Shown here: piece by piece, positions 9,036 through 18,869 of the stretch
Layout: every line of letters begins with the position of its first letter
How positions within the stretch are numbered: the stretch's first letter is position 1
Source of the DNA: an uncultured bacterium
Lineage (GTDB): Bacteria; Babelota; Babeliae; Babelales; Babelaceae
Assembly: GCA_963713855.1 (NCBI GenBank)
Contig: OY970209.1
Location: 1,312,001 to 1,376,000, forward strand
Direction: 5' to 3'
Length of the DNA stretch: 64,000 nucleotides
The notes under the pieces: model-generated
Databases searched by the model: none
Told to the model about the DNA's origin: nothing
What the model saw: only the letters and a program-made list of their open reading frames with translations
Made by a program: the position numbers and the translations under genes

Positions 9036-12000
9036 ATGAGGCATACGTTATTTCTTTGCGCTCTTTTACTATCCGCTTTTGTGGTAACGGCGCAGCAACT
9101 GAGCAAAAGTTACCGGTTGCCCGGAGCTTCCAAGTGGCCCCTTACTGTAGATTTTTCGCCTTCTGGGGCATATCTTGCTACGGCTAATTACGGTTCAAAT
9201 GATGTAACCGTATACGGTGTAGATCCACAAGGAGTGCTCAATAGCGGAACGTCATATAGCTTACCCGCTGGTCCTACAATCCCTTTGGGATTAGACTTTT
9301 CACCAAATAGCCCCTTGCTTGCATCCTGTTATGCAGGCATGAATGCTGTGGTACTCTTTGCGGTAGAAAAAGGAGGGGTTTTATCAAAGAATACGACTTA
9401 CCCTTTGCCTGCAGGTTCATCATTTCCTAACTCAGTTAACTTTTCAGCTACGGGCAAATACATCGTCACTGCTAATAAAGCTTCCAATGATATCACGCTG
9501 TTCACTATGCTAGAAGGTAGCCTTAGTACCGGAACATCATACAGTATTCCTGGGAGTTCATCCGAACCATTCTTTGCACAATTCTCACCAGATGAAAGAT
9601 ATATTGCTTGTGCGAACGTTAACTCAAACGACGTCACCATGTTTGCCATAAACGCAGGACAAGCTTTAGGTCCTGGTATATCATATCCTTTACCTGGAAA
9701 CTCAGCTGCCCCTTATGCGCTAGCATTTTCACCCTCAGGCGCATATCTAGCTACCGCCAATGATGTATCGAATGATGTGACAGTATTTAGCGTGCAAGCA
9801 GGAGGAACTTTAAGCCGAGCAGCATCATACGCTTTACCTGCAGGTAGCGTCGCGCCCTCCTCAATAGCATTCTCACCTGACGGCTCATATCTTGCTACAG
9901 CCAATTACACTTCCAGTAATATAACTATATTTACCGTAAATGCAGATGGCACATTAAGCAATGGCACATCTTACCCGCTGCCTGCAGGCTCTTCAAATTG
10001 TGGTTGGCTAGAATTTTCATCGTCGGGAGCCTATTTAGCTACTGCTAACTTCTACTCAAACAACATAAGTGTATTTACGGTCCAAGGCGGAACTTTGGTT
10101 GGAGGAAGATCGTACACACTTCCACCTAACTCGACCTTTCCTTTGTCGCTGAGTTTTTCGTTTGATGGCTTATATCTTGCAACCGCTAACGCGGGCTTAG
10201 GTGGTATAAGTGTGCTTGCCGTCGGAACGGGAGAGTCGCTGACAAGCATGGATTCATATAGCATTTCCTCCGATTCTACCCAACCTTGGGTAGCTACCTT
10301 CTCTCCAAATAGCTCATATCTTGCTACTGCTAATACAAACTCGAACAGTATTACGATTTTTGGCGTACAGGATGCGGGAAAACTGATTAACGGTGTATCG
10401 TATTCATTGCCTGCTCAATCTATAAGCCCGATTGATGTAGCATTTTCACCAAATGGTTTATATCTTGCTAGCGCGAACGGTTCCGAGGATGTAACTGTAT
10501 TTAATGTCGGGTCTCAGGGAAGCTTAAGCGGTGCTCGCTCATATCATCTGCCAGCTAATTCTTTCGGCCCTGTATGGCTAGAATTTTCGCCTGACGGCTT
10601 ATATCTCGCTATTGCTAATTATTTTTCAAATAATCTGACGGTATTCAATGTGGCGTCAAATGGAGACCTCAGCGGAGGTACCACTTATGCCTTACCTAGT
10701 GGTTCTGGATCGGCTATTTCTTTAGCATTCTCGCCTTCTGGCTCTTATCTTGCTACAGCAAACGCTCAGTCAAGTAACGTAACAATTTTTAGCGTGCAAG
10801 CGGGTGGAGCTTTACAAGGAGGAATTTCATATCCCTTGCCTCCTGGTTCATTTGGTCCTGAATCAATAGCTTTCTCTCCTGATGGTCAGTATCTCGTTAC
10901 CGCTAACTATGTTTCTAACGATATAACTGTTTTTTCCGTACTGGCTGGAGGAGCATTGTCTAGCGGAACTTCTTATCCTAACTGCAGTATCATGAATCCT
11001 CTCGTAGCCACCTTAGCATTTTCCCCAAATGGTTCATACCTTGCTAAAGCAAACACCGGTTCGTCAACAGTGAGCATATTTACGGTTCTTCAAAGTGTGC
11101 TTGCTGACTGTAATTCTTATCCCTTACCACAGCTGCCAACTGGCTCACGAGCACCGGATGCGATTGCCTTCTCGCCCGATTACAACTATGCAATAACAGC
11201 AAATTATGGTTCAAGCGATGTCACGGTCTTTAATGTTGAGTCAAGTGACGGTTATTCTTTGGCAAATAAAACATCTTATCCATTACCGTACAATGGAATA
11301 GCTCCCTCATTGCCTACATCTGTAGCATTTTCACCAAATGGTCAGTTGGTTTTTACCGCTAATGCGCTAACAAACGACATAACGGTACTCGAATTAGTAT
11401 CCGGACAACTCATAAATAGCGTCTCTTATGCCTTGCCCAATAATACATTCAATCCAAGTTCTCTAAAGCTTTCACCTAACGACCCCTACATCTTTATAGC
11501 AAACAGTGGATCGAATAATATAGCCGTATACAACGGCACTCAAAATGGACTCTTACAGGTAGTAGGAACCTATTCATTACCAGCCGGATCATTAAATCCT
11601 CAAGGTCTTGCGGTTACGCCTGATGGCGCTTATATAGCAACGGCAAATGCAGGCTCGCATGATGTAACTATTTTTACTGTAACAGGAGGAAGCTTAAGCG
11701 ATCCGATAACAAGCTCGTTGCCTACAGGATCAAAGACACCACAATCTCTTGTCTTTGTGACTTTAGCCAATACTAGCTTACTGCTCGCAATCGCCAATAG
11801 CGGATCCAATGACGTAACAACCTATCTTTTTCATGCGGGTATACTGAGTAATCCAAAATCCTATCCATTACCCGCAGGAGCTATGAGCCCTCAGTCAATT
11901 GCTGCCTCACTAAATGGAACATCGCTTGCCACTGCCAATATAGATTCGAATACCGTCACTGTTTTCTCGATTAATGAAGGCACACTTACAGAGGGGACAA

Positions 12001-12353
12001 ACTACCCACTGCCTACTAATTCAAGCGCATGCGCGGCGGTGGCTTTTTATCCTTCAAAAACAACCACCAGCGCAGTAACAACTGCAAACAGCAATTCAAA
12101 TGACGTGTCAGTCATTGTTCTTGGAGCTTCTGGAGCAGGAGATGGTAGCAGTTTGCCACTAGGTGTGATTCTTGGCACAACCATAGGAGTACCCCTAGGT
12201 CTAAGTCTGCTTGCAGCCACCGGTGGCATCGCCGCTTGGTTGCTTTATAAATATCGCTATAGATACAAGGGTATAGGCCAGGTTTATTTTAATGGCAATG
12301 AAGTGTTAGAAGATCCGCTTATAACTGGCAGTGGGGCCGTAGACATGCTGTAA
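9036..12353 (+). CDS. Membrane-anchored beta-propeller repeat protein (lactonase/YncE-like blades, 21 repeats)
   Basis: 21 counted ~47-aa repeats 'SYxLPxGSxxPxxxAFSPxGxYLATANxxSNDVTVF'; signal peptide; C-terminal TM followed by a YKYRYRYK tail. Confidence 0.85.
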   Translation: MRHTLFLCALLLSAFVVTAQQLSKSYRLPGASKWPLTVDFSPSGAYLATANYGSNDVTVYGVDPQGVLNSGTSYSLPAGPTIPLGLDFSPNSPLLASCYAGMNAVVLFAVEKGGVLSKNTTYPLPAGSSFPNSVNFSATGKYIVTANKASNDITLFTMLEGSLSTGTSYSIPGSSSEPFFAQFSPDERYIACANVNSNDVTMFAINAGQALGPGISYPLPGNSAAPYALAFSPSGAYLATANDVSNDVTVFSVQAGGTLSRAASYALPAGSVAPSSIAFSPDGSYLATANYTSSNITIFTVNADGTLSNGTSYPLPAGSSNCGWLEFSSSGAYLATANFYSNNISVFTVQGGTLVGGRSYTLPPNSTFPLSLSFSFDGLYLATANAGLGGISVLAVGTGESLTSMDSYSISSDSTQPWVATFSPNSSYLATANTNSNSITIFGVQDAGKLINGVSYSLPAQSISPIDVAFSPNGLYLASANGSEDVTVFNVGSQGSLSGARSYHLPANSFGPVWLEFSPDGLYLAIANYFSNNLTVFNVASNGDLSGGTTYALPSGSGSAISLAFSPSGSYLATANAQSSNVTIFSVQAGGALQGGISYPLPPGSFGPESIAFSPDGQYLVTANYVSNDITVFSVLAGGALSSGTSYPNCSIMNPLVATLAFSPNGSYLAKANTGSSTVSIFTVLQSVLADCNSYPLPQLPTGSRAPDAIAFSPDYNYAITANYGSSDVTVFNVESSDGYSLANKTSYPLPYNGIAPSLPTSVAFSPNGQLVFTANALTNDITVLELVSGQLINSVSYALPNNTFNPSSLKLSPNDPYIFIANSGSNNIAVYNGTQNGLLQVVGTYSLPAGSLNPQGLAVTPDGAYIATANAGSHDVTIFTVTGGSLSDPITSSLPTGSKTPQSLVFVTLANTSLLLAIANSGSNDVTTYLFHAGILSNPKSYPLPAGAMSPQSIAASLNGTSLATANIDSNTVTVFSINEGTLTEGTNYPLPTNSSACAAVAFYPSKTTTSAVTTANSNSNDVSVIVLGASGAGDGSSLPLGVILGTTIGVPLGLSLLAATGGIAAWLLYKYRYRYKGIGQVYFNGNEVLEDPLITGSGAVDML

Positions 12354-12393
12354 TTGTATTAGCAGTCTAAAGCTATTTTGAAATACTATAAAA

Positions 12394-13083
12394 TCAATTT
12401 TGTAGATGAAGCTGAGCATATTCGTATGCACTCGAATTTCGATCTGATAGGACACTTAACCACTTTGCCAGATGGTTTGAATCTTCCTGATTGACCAACT
12501 CAGGCATTAAAAAATCAAGCACTTGGTGAGCTACCCGTTCTGGGTAGTTGACTCTGCTTACTAACTGCAAAGTGAGTTGTTCAAGAAGTAATAGCAAATG
12601 ACTCTCAGATAAAGCTGCATTTTGACAGCGAGTAAGTATGGAATCGATATTCTCTTTTTCCATCAAAAGCTGAATTGCCCGATCGGCGTAATGTTCCGCC
12701 TTTTTTTGTTCACCCATTTTATCGTAAAGGTATGATAGCTGCAGCATACAATCTGAGTTTTCAGCAACTAATGAAGAGGCGTGCTCAGTCACGGCAATTG
12801 CGGACGTAAGCTTTCCTTCTCGTTGGTAAAGCTGGGCTGCTTTTAGATAAGAGTTATAGGCTCGCGCATCATTAAAGGCCAGCAGTAAATCGCCTTCCAG
12901 CTGAGCTTCAAGAGCAGCATTACCTATGGAATGTGCTAATAAACGGTAAAGACTAAAAGCGCGTTCTTTTTCTTTTCTGGCTACTGATTCAGCAAGCTTA
13001 AACCAAGCAATATTAAACTTTTCCGACTGGAGATTGGTTACGCCGTTTAATTTCACGCTCGCTCTCCTTCTTATACTCGTCAA
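12394..13083 (-). CDS. Hypothetical helical (TPR-like) protein
   Basis: Alpha-helical repeat character ('AYNSYLKAAQLY', 'LSYLYDKMGEQKKA'); start uncertain. Confidence 0.6.
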   Translation of the reverse strand: MTSIRRRASVKLNGVTNLQSEKFNIAWFKLAESVARKEKERAFSLYRLLAHSIGNAALEAQLEGDLLLAFNDARAYNSYLKAAQLYQREGKLTSAIAVTEHASSLVAENSDCMLQLSYLYDKMGEQKKAEHYADRAIQLLMEKENIDSILTRCQNAALSESHLLLLLEQLTLQLVSRVNYPERVAHQVLDFLMPELVNQEDSNHLAKWLSVLSDRNSSAYEYAQLHLQN

Positions 13084-13231
13084 AACGTTTAAAGTTTCGA
13101 TTTACCGTATCATAAGGGAATGACCTGATGCAAGTAAATGATCATGGTTGACCCAAGCTAACAAAAATGAGCGAGTTCTCTCTACTTGCCATTTTTGACA
13201 ATCTCATTACTTTAGCCAATGTTTAGATAGA

Positions 13232-15082
13232 TTAAGCACCAAAATGTGCTATATGAGCACCAATTTCCGCTGGTAAGCCTGGTAACGTTAATCCTGCACC
13301 AATTGGTACAGGGTCAACAAGATAGCGGTTAAGGCGTATTGTAAGTGCCCACCTTCTTTGGTGACGGACCAACTCTTGCAATACTTCTTCATACATAGCT
13401 CTATGTTCGTCGGAAAATGGCTCATTTTCGAGTGCGTATCTTATATGACGACCTGCAGTGCGTACGCTACGAAATGGAATACGAGGAAGAAGCGTTCTTA
13501 ACACCTCTGCATGTCCGTGTAGCGAAGCTTCTAAAATCGCATCATAGGTTACCTGTTCTGGAAGCCTTGGTGTATATAAGTAGTCTACTACGTCTGCTTG
13601 CCCATATCTTGAGGCACGCACAAGTGATCTTTGCCGTCTTTCATCGCTTATTCTTTGATGATTGCTATTGGCGTCAGCTTCAGCAAAATACCCACGTTTT
13701 TCGAAAAACTTCACTATTTCTAGTTGCCCCCACGCTACTGCTTCACCTATTACGGTCTCAATCATTTCTGACGAAATACCTTTGTCGTAAAGAAGCGCCA
13801 TAGTATCAACTTCCTCAGTACGTGCAGACAATTGAAAAGCGGAATCTCGCATACGCTCACCAGGATTTAGGCGATCAATAAGATACTCAAGAATATCACG
13901 GCGACCAGTTCGTGCTGCCTCTTCAACCACTAGTTCCATCATTGATCCGGGTGTTTCAAAAATGTCTTTAAAAGTATCCAAAAGATGCTTTACAACTTCC
14001 AGATCGCCGCGCGAAATAACAGAACAATATTCGAACAAATTGAGTCGATCTTCTTGTGCTGATTGGCAATATTTTGTTAATTCTTCACATATTTTATTGC
14101 TATCATTCTCGATAATGGCTTGAATAAGAGGGTCCTCGAAAAAGCGATAATTTTCTTTCAGACTGCTCATCATATCAGTAAGTACAATACTAACATCGGT
14201 ATCCAACCCATGAGCGTCCAAAAGAAGACAATAGAGGTTGCGAGCGACACTATAACCGCTTTCACCGTTAAGCTCCTGGGACCCTATCGCGCTTAAAAGT
14301 GTCGCGATGAGCGACTGTGGTGTCGGTTGTGTTCGCATTTCAACTTTGACATTTGAACCAGCGTTTAAAAGTTCGTAAGCTGAATCGCTATCTGGAAACA
14401 GGGCGCTGTAAGCGATTGGCAAATGACCTTCACAATTTTTAATATTTGGATTAGCTCCTCGCTTAACCATGTAATCAATGATCTCAAGCTCACGAGTCTG
14501 ACGACGCGAAGGTAACGTCGCAGCTACGTGAAGCGGCGTAAAACGCGACCCTCGTGGATTAAGATTTGCTCCGAGCTTAATGAGCCTTTTTACGGTTTTA
14601 TACCAGAGTCGAGTAGCCATTGTCCCAGATTTAGAAATAGCAAATTCGAGCGGAGACAACGCCGCAAGATTCAATTTTTTATACCACGGATCTTTCAGGA
14701 ACGTACCAATACTAGCAAGCTCATTTTGCGCGCGTAAATCCCTGATATTAATATCGGCTTCATGAGAAACGAGTATGTTGATCATACCCAAATGATAACC
14801 TAGTATTGCTAAATGTAACGGTGTTAATCCATCACTGTTGCGCGCATTAACGTCAGGATTTTCGTTTTCTATAATACTTTGAGCAGACTCCATATCTCCT
14901 TCGGATAAAGCTTTCAACAATTTCTCGGTAGCTCTTGCATCAAATCGCTTTCTTTTTTTAGTCGCCGGAGGAGTTTCTCGCCCACCTTCGGGCTCTTTCC
15001 TTTTTTCTTCCATGCAGAAGGCAAAACTCGAACCCAAAAGGAAAGGAATACATATGAACACGTATTTAGTTACTGTTTTCAT
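13232..15082 (-). CDS. Ankyrin repeat protein with signal peptide, NLS-like motif and C-terminal F-box-like motif
   Basis: 'GLTPLHLAIL', 'FTPLHVAA', 'GANPNIKN'; 'PPATKKRKR'; C-terminus 'LPGLPAEIGAHIAHF'. Confidence 0.88.
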   Translation of the reverse strand: MKTVTKYVFICIPFLLGSSFAFCMEEKRKEPEGGRETPPATKKRKRFDARATEKLLKALSEGDMESAQSIIENENPDVNARNSDGLTPLHLAILGYHLGMINILVSHEADINIRDLRAQNELASIGTFLKDPWYKKLNLAALSPLEFAISKSGTMATRLWYKTVKRLIKLGANLNPRGSRFTPLHVAATLPSRRQTRELEIIDYMVKRGANPNIKNCEGHLPIAYSALFPDSDSAYELLNAGSNVKVEMRTQPTPQSLIATLLSAIGSQELNGESGYSVARNLYCLLLDAHGLDTDVSIVLTDMMSSLKENYRFFEDPLIQAIIENDSNKICEELTKYCQSAQEDRLNLFEYCSVISRGDLEVVKHLLDTFKDIFETPGSMMELVVEEAARTGRRDILEYLIDRLNPGERMRDSAFQLSARTEEVDTMALLYDKGISSEMIETVIGEAVAWGQLEIVKFFEKRGYFAEADANSNHQRISDERRQRSLVRASRYGQADVVDYLYTPRLPEQVTYDAILEASLHGHAEVLRTLLPRIPFRSVRTAGRHIRYALENEPFSDEHRAMYEEVLQELVRHQRRWALTIRLNRYLVDPVPIGAGLTLPGLPAEIGAHIAHFGA

Positions 15083-15158
15083 GCGAATAAATATCCTGAT
15101 AAAATATGAATATCATTTATTACACCAATGTCGTCAATAAGGAAATGTCTAGCAAATA

Positions 15159-17087
15159 CTAATTGCGAGCAAGCTGAGTAATATGTGCAAAGATTTCCTG
15201 AGGCAGATTTGGTAGTGGCAGTTGACCTTCTTCGCGCTCTCCTTGAAAAATACGCTCAAGACCAAGAGCTGCGGCACGCGTTCTTTGATGCCGGACAAGT
15301 TCTCGAAACACTTCCTCATAAGAAGCTCTTTGTTCATTAGAAAATGGTTCATTTTCTAATGCATATCTTATGTGAAGACCTGCGTTACGTGCATTAAAAA
15401 ACGGAACATGGGGGAGTAGCGTTCTTAACACATTTACGTGTCCCTGCAGCGACGCTTGAAAGACAGCATCATATATTATTTCAGGTGGCATACTTTCTCT
15501 ATACAAGAATTCCACTATCGCAGCTTGACCATATCTTGCGGCACGCACAAGTAATTCTTGTCGCCTTTCAACAGTAATGTACTCGTCCTCATTGAAGAAC
15601 GCAACTACTGGAAGTTGTCCCCAAATAACCGCTTCGTTGAGCGCGTCGTCGAGAATTTCGGGTGTGATCCCCGTCTCGTAAAGAAAAGCCATCGTGCCTA
15701 TTTCTTCTGTGCGACCAGCTAAACGAAAAGCTACATTACGTGCAATTTGATCCGGGTTTAAGCTTGCCACGAGAAACTCGAGTATATCTAGATGCCCAAT
15801 TTGTGCTGCTCGTATAACGGCCGTGTCTCGCGTCTGCTTGTCAAATTTGCTTCCAAAATTATCAAGCACAAATTTAACAACCTCAGCATTGCCGCGCCCA
15901 ACCGAAAAAAGAAAATATTCTTGCACTTGCCGCGCATCTAAAGGTTTATTCACAAGCTTATTAAGCTCTTCAAACACTGTATCGTTATTGTTTTCAGTCA
16001 AGGCTTGTATTATAGGATCAATAAGCCGCTTCATAATTGGGTAATTCATCACTAAACGTAGACTTGGTCTATTATAATCCTGTAACTCGCTACCATACAT
16101 AAGAAGCAGGTATATAAACTGAACAACATCAGAAGATAACTCAAAAATAGTATCGTATGTAACAACATTAGAAGATGAATGTCTCACTCTCCCCCCGGTG
16201 CATACATTTAGAAGGTCGTCAAGCGGTATATGTTTCACTCTCCCCCTGGTGCATACATTTAGAAGAACGTCAAGCAGGGAGTGTTCACCGTTCATCTCAA
16301 GATGTGTCTCCTTTCCATCCTTTGATTTCAACCGCACTTTGAATTTAGCGTTGGCGCCATGTCGCAATAATGTGGCTGCTCCATCGCTATTTGGGTAGCG
16401 CGCATTAAAAAAAAGCGGTGGGAATCCTCGTGAGTTTACAAGATTTGGATTGGCTCCGCGCTGAATTAAAAGATCGACATAAGAAGCTGGTCCAGGTAAT
16501 GTAGCAAGTGCATGAAGAGGTGTAAAATATGCCCCCGCAGGATTAAGGTTCGCGCCCAACTCTATAAGTTTTTCTGCGGTAGTACGCGTCCTACTTTCCA
16601 AGGGATGAATGGTTATAAATGTCACCAAGAGGAATTCGAGCGGCGTCAAGAATGATTTATTTATTCCTTGATACCAGGGAGGATTTTTAAAATCGCCCAA
16701 CTCGACCTCTTCTTGAGCTTTCAAGTCTCTGATATTTATATCAGCACCATCATTAGCAAGTAAGGTAATTTTGTTTAAATTGAGCGCGACTATCGCCAAA
16801 TGTAATGAGCTAAGACCTCGCCCATCTCGAGCATTGACGTTCGCATTATCATTAATAGTGGGCAACTTTGCCAAATCTTGGATCGACTCGCCGGTTGCTT
16901 CAACCAATTCTTCAGTTGCTTGTGCCTCAGTTTTTCGTCTTTTTTTGGGCTTTGATGACCGCTCGCTTTTGTCATCCGATTCCTTCCTTTTTTCCTCCAT
17001 GCAAAAACTGGCACTTGTGCATATAAGTAAAGGAATACATAGTAAAAATTTAGTTAGTATTTTCATGTATATAGCCTGTTGAAACAT
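15159..17087 (-). CDS. Ankyrin repeat protein (paralog of 13232..15082)
   Basis: 'GLSSLHLAI', 'FTPLHALA', 'GANPNLVN'; 'KPKKRRK'; C-terminus 'LPNLPQEIFAHITQL'; the real start is probably the second Met (MKILTKF). Confidence 0.88.
   Translation of the reverse strand: MFQQAIYMKILTKFLLCIPLLICTSASFCMEEKRKESDDKSERSSKPKKRRKTEAQATEELVEATGESIQDLAKLPTINDNANVNARDGRGLSSLHLAIVALNLNKITLLANDGADINIRDLKAQEEVELGDFKNPPWYQGINKSFLTPLEFLLVTFITIHPLESRTRTTAEKLIELGANLNPAGAYFTPLHALATLPGPASYVDLLIQRGANPNLVNSRGFPPLFFNARYPNSDGAATLLRHGANAKFKVRLKSKDGKETHLEMNGEHSLLDVLLNVCTRGRVKHIPLDDLLNVCTGGRVRHSSSNVVTYDTIFELSSDVVQFIYLLLMYGSELQDYNRPSLRLVMNYPIMKRLIDPIIQALTENNNDTVFEELNKLVNKPLDARQVQEYFLFSVGRGNAEVVKFVLDNFGSKFDKQTRDTAVIRAAQIGHLDILEFLVASLNPDQIARNVAFRLAGRTEEIGTMAFLYETGITPEILDDALNEAVIWGQLPVVAFFNEDEYITVERRQELLVRAARYGQAAIVEFLYRESMPPEIIYDAVFQASLQGHVNVLRTLLPHVPFFNARNAGLHIRYALENEPFSNEQRASYEEVFRELVRHQRTRAAALGLERIFQGEREEGQLPLPNLPQEIFAHITQLARN
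16179..16275. repeat. 51-bp-period tandem duplication inside the ankyrin gene
   Basis: 16179-16224 versus 16230-16275: 46 nt with 4 mismatches; encodes LDVLLNVCTRGRVKH / LDDLLNVCTGGRVRH. Confidence 0.9.
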
Positions 17088-17266
17088 CGATTTCGTTTAT
17101 TACATCAATATATCATCAATTTGTCAATTTTAGTTAAGTACGCATTAAAACACGATTGGGGCCAATTAAATGAGGTGTTCTCATGTAAAGTCAAGCATTA
17201 CAGTTCATAGAAAATCTTCCTAAATGGATAAACGTGGCAAGAGCCGAACTGATATAATTTTAGAAA

Positions 17267-17341
17267 TGGTGCCGGGAGGCGGAATTGAACCACCGACACA
17301 GAGCTCTTCAGGCTCCTGCTCTACCACTGAGCTACCCCGGC
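17267..17341 (-). tRNA. tRNA-Phe (anticodon GAA)
   Basis: Reverse complement GCCGGGGTAGCTCAGTGGTAGAGCAGGAGC-CTGAAGA-GCTCT..GGTTCAATTCCGCCTCCCGGCACCA; CCA encoded. Confidence 0.95.
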
Positions 17342-17580
17342 ATTACTAGATAAGAAAAAGCATTATTAGAGTATCATATACGCTACTTCTGTCAACAAAA
17401 GACAAGAAAAAAAGCACATGGAAAGCCCTAAGATCCAGATCTATCTCTTCTAAAAGCCCGTCAGGTGTACTTTCACCTTCTTTTGCTTTTCTAACATGCA
17501 TGATTATTGCTTAATTGCAATTTATTTTTAATTCTATATAATTAAAAAAACAGAAAATAAATCCTTTCTCGAGGCGATCT

Positions 17581-18783
17581 ATGACATATTATTTCAAAAA
17601 ATCAGTGTATTCTATCACTTTACTTATTTGCGTTCTTCATAGTGCGCATTCGAAACCCTACCAACAATCGAAAAAAGAACACGTAGGACAAGTTGAGCGT
17701 TGCGACCGAGCAAAGCCGCACGTTACATCCCTTAAAAAATGGTACCGCGGAGCAAAGCCAACCCCAAAGGATCTGCACTCATATAACCTCTTGAGGCAGC
17801 TTTGGAAAGTAACTCCTGTAAAAACCGTCTTAGACATGAGCAAAGAGTGGCTTAGGGACATGGAAGAAGAGCGTATGCGCGAGTATTGTAACCACAAGAA
17901 CCCTTCTCAAAACCAAAAGGCATGGCTCTCGCGTGCTCAAGAAGCTCTCGAGGTCACTGACGTTAAAGTCAGCCTGGGATCAACGGGGCAACCATTTGCG
18001 GCCAATGTGAGTGCTACAGCTCTTGGTGATGCCTATATCGCGCTTGATGAGAGCGAAAATAAAAAATTTACTATCTTTACGGCCTACCATGAGTGTGGCC
18101 ACATAGCCAATGGCGATGAACCGTATCAAGTAGGGGCATATAAGCCACCGGAAGTATTTGTAGAGCTTTTCGAAAATAAGGCTATAACTGAAAAAGTTGC
18201 CTTATATCTCGATAAAGCCCAAAAGCACTTGGATCAAAAAACCACGGTCGGAAAAACGCTCCATGAAACCCTTTTACGTCATAAAAAGTTGTGGCAAGAA
18301 CCCGCTAGCAAGCAAGAGTATGCACGAGTACTTAAAGGCAGGATACAAGAACAAAAAGCCGACCTAGCAGCTTTTTCAAAGCTTTTTGAAGAAAAGCAGT
18401 TTGATGTCATGTTTTACATAATTCACTTGTGGGCGACTCAGAAAGGTGAGCGTGCTTTTGTAGCAACAGGAACGGAGTATGTTCATCCATCATATGCTGA
18501 GCGTGCTTTGTACTTGATTGGTTACTTAATCGACCAGGGCATCGATGTTAACGGAGCACTGCAGGCGTACGAAAAAGTGCGCGGAACTAAAAGTGCATTT
18601 AAAGATATGAATGTGCTTATTGAAAGCTACGAAAACCTCTACAAAACTAAAAAAGTCACAGACGTTGATGAGTTTTTAAAAGTGTACGAAGATCTCAAAA
18701 AAGAACCAGGCACTATCGACGAAAGCAGGCTAACAAAAGCCTTTGACAAGCATAAAAATATCTTTAAGACGCTTATTTTTTAA
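17581..18783 (+). CDS. Secreted M48-like zinc metallopeptidase domain protein
   Basis: Signal peptide; 'YHECGH' (HExxH), 'EQKAD' third ligand, 'HPSYAER'. Confidence 0.6.
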   Translation: MTYYFKKSVYSITLLICVLHSAHSKPYQQSKKEHVGQVERCDRAKPHVTSLKKWYRGAKPTPKDLHSYNLLRQLWKVTPVKTVLDMSKEWLRDMEEERMREYCNHKNPSQNQKAWLSRAQEALEVTDVKVSLGSTGQPFAANVSATALGDAYIALDESENKKFTIFTAYHECGHIANGDEPYQVGAYKPPEVFVELFENKAITEKVALYLDKAQKHLDQKTTVGKTLHETLLRHKKLWQEPASKQEYARVLKGRIQEQKADLAAFSKLFEEKQFDVMFYIIHLWATQKGERAFVATGTEYVHPSYAERALYLIGYLIDQGIDVNGALQAYEKVRGTKSAFKDMNVLIESYENLYKTKKVTDVDEFLKVYEDLKKEPGTIDESRLTKAFDKHKNIFKTLIF

Positions 18784-18812
18784 ACAAGTGTTTAAAAAAA
18801 CGCCGAGAGTAT

Positions 18813-18840
18813 TTGCCAAAAAAAGCATATTTGCTACGAT
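18813..18840 (+). promoter_or_regulatory. Putative sigma70 promoter of pheS
   Basis: TTGCCA-16 nt-TACGAT with an extended -10 TG. Confidence 0.4.
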
Positions 18841-18869
18841 AGTAAAGTCTTATTAATCACTATCAGAGT

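Noticed and set aside
17100..17400. tRNA-Phe as an integration site for an island carrying the ankyrin genes
   Set aside because: I saw no integrase and no duplicated tRNA 3' end within the window.
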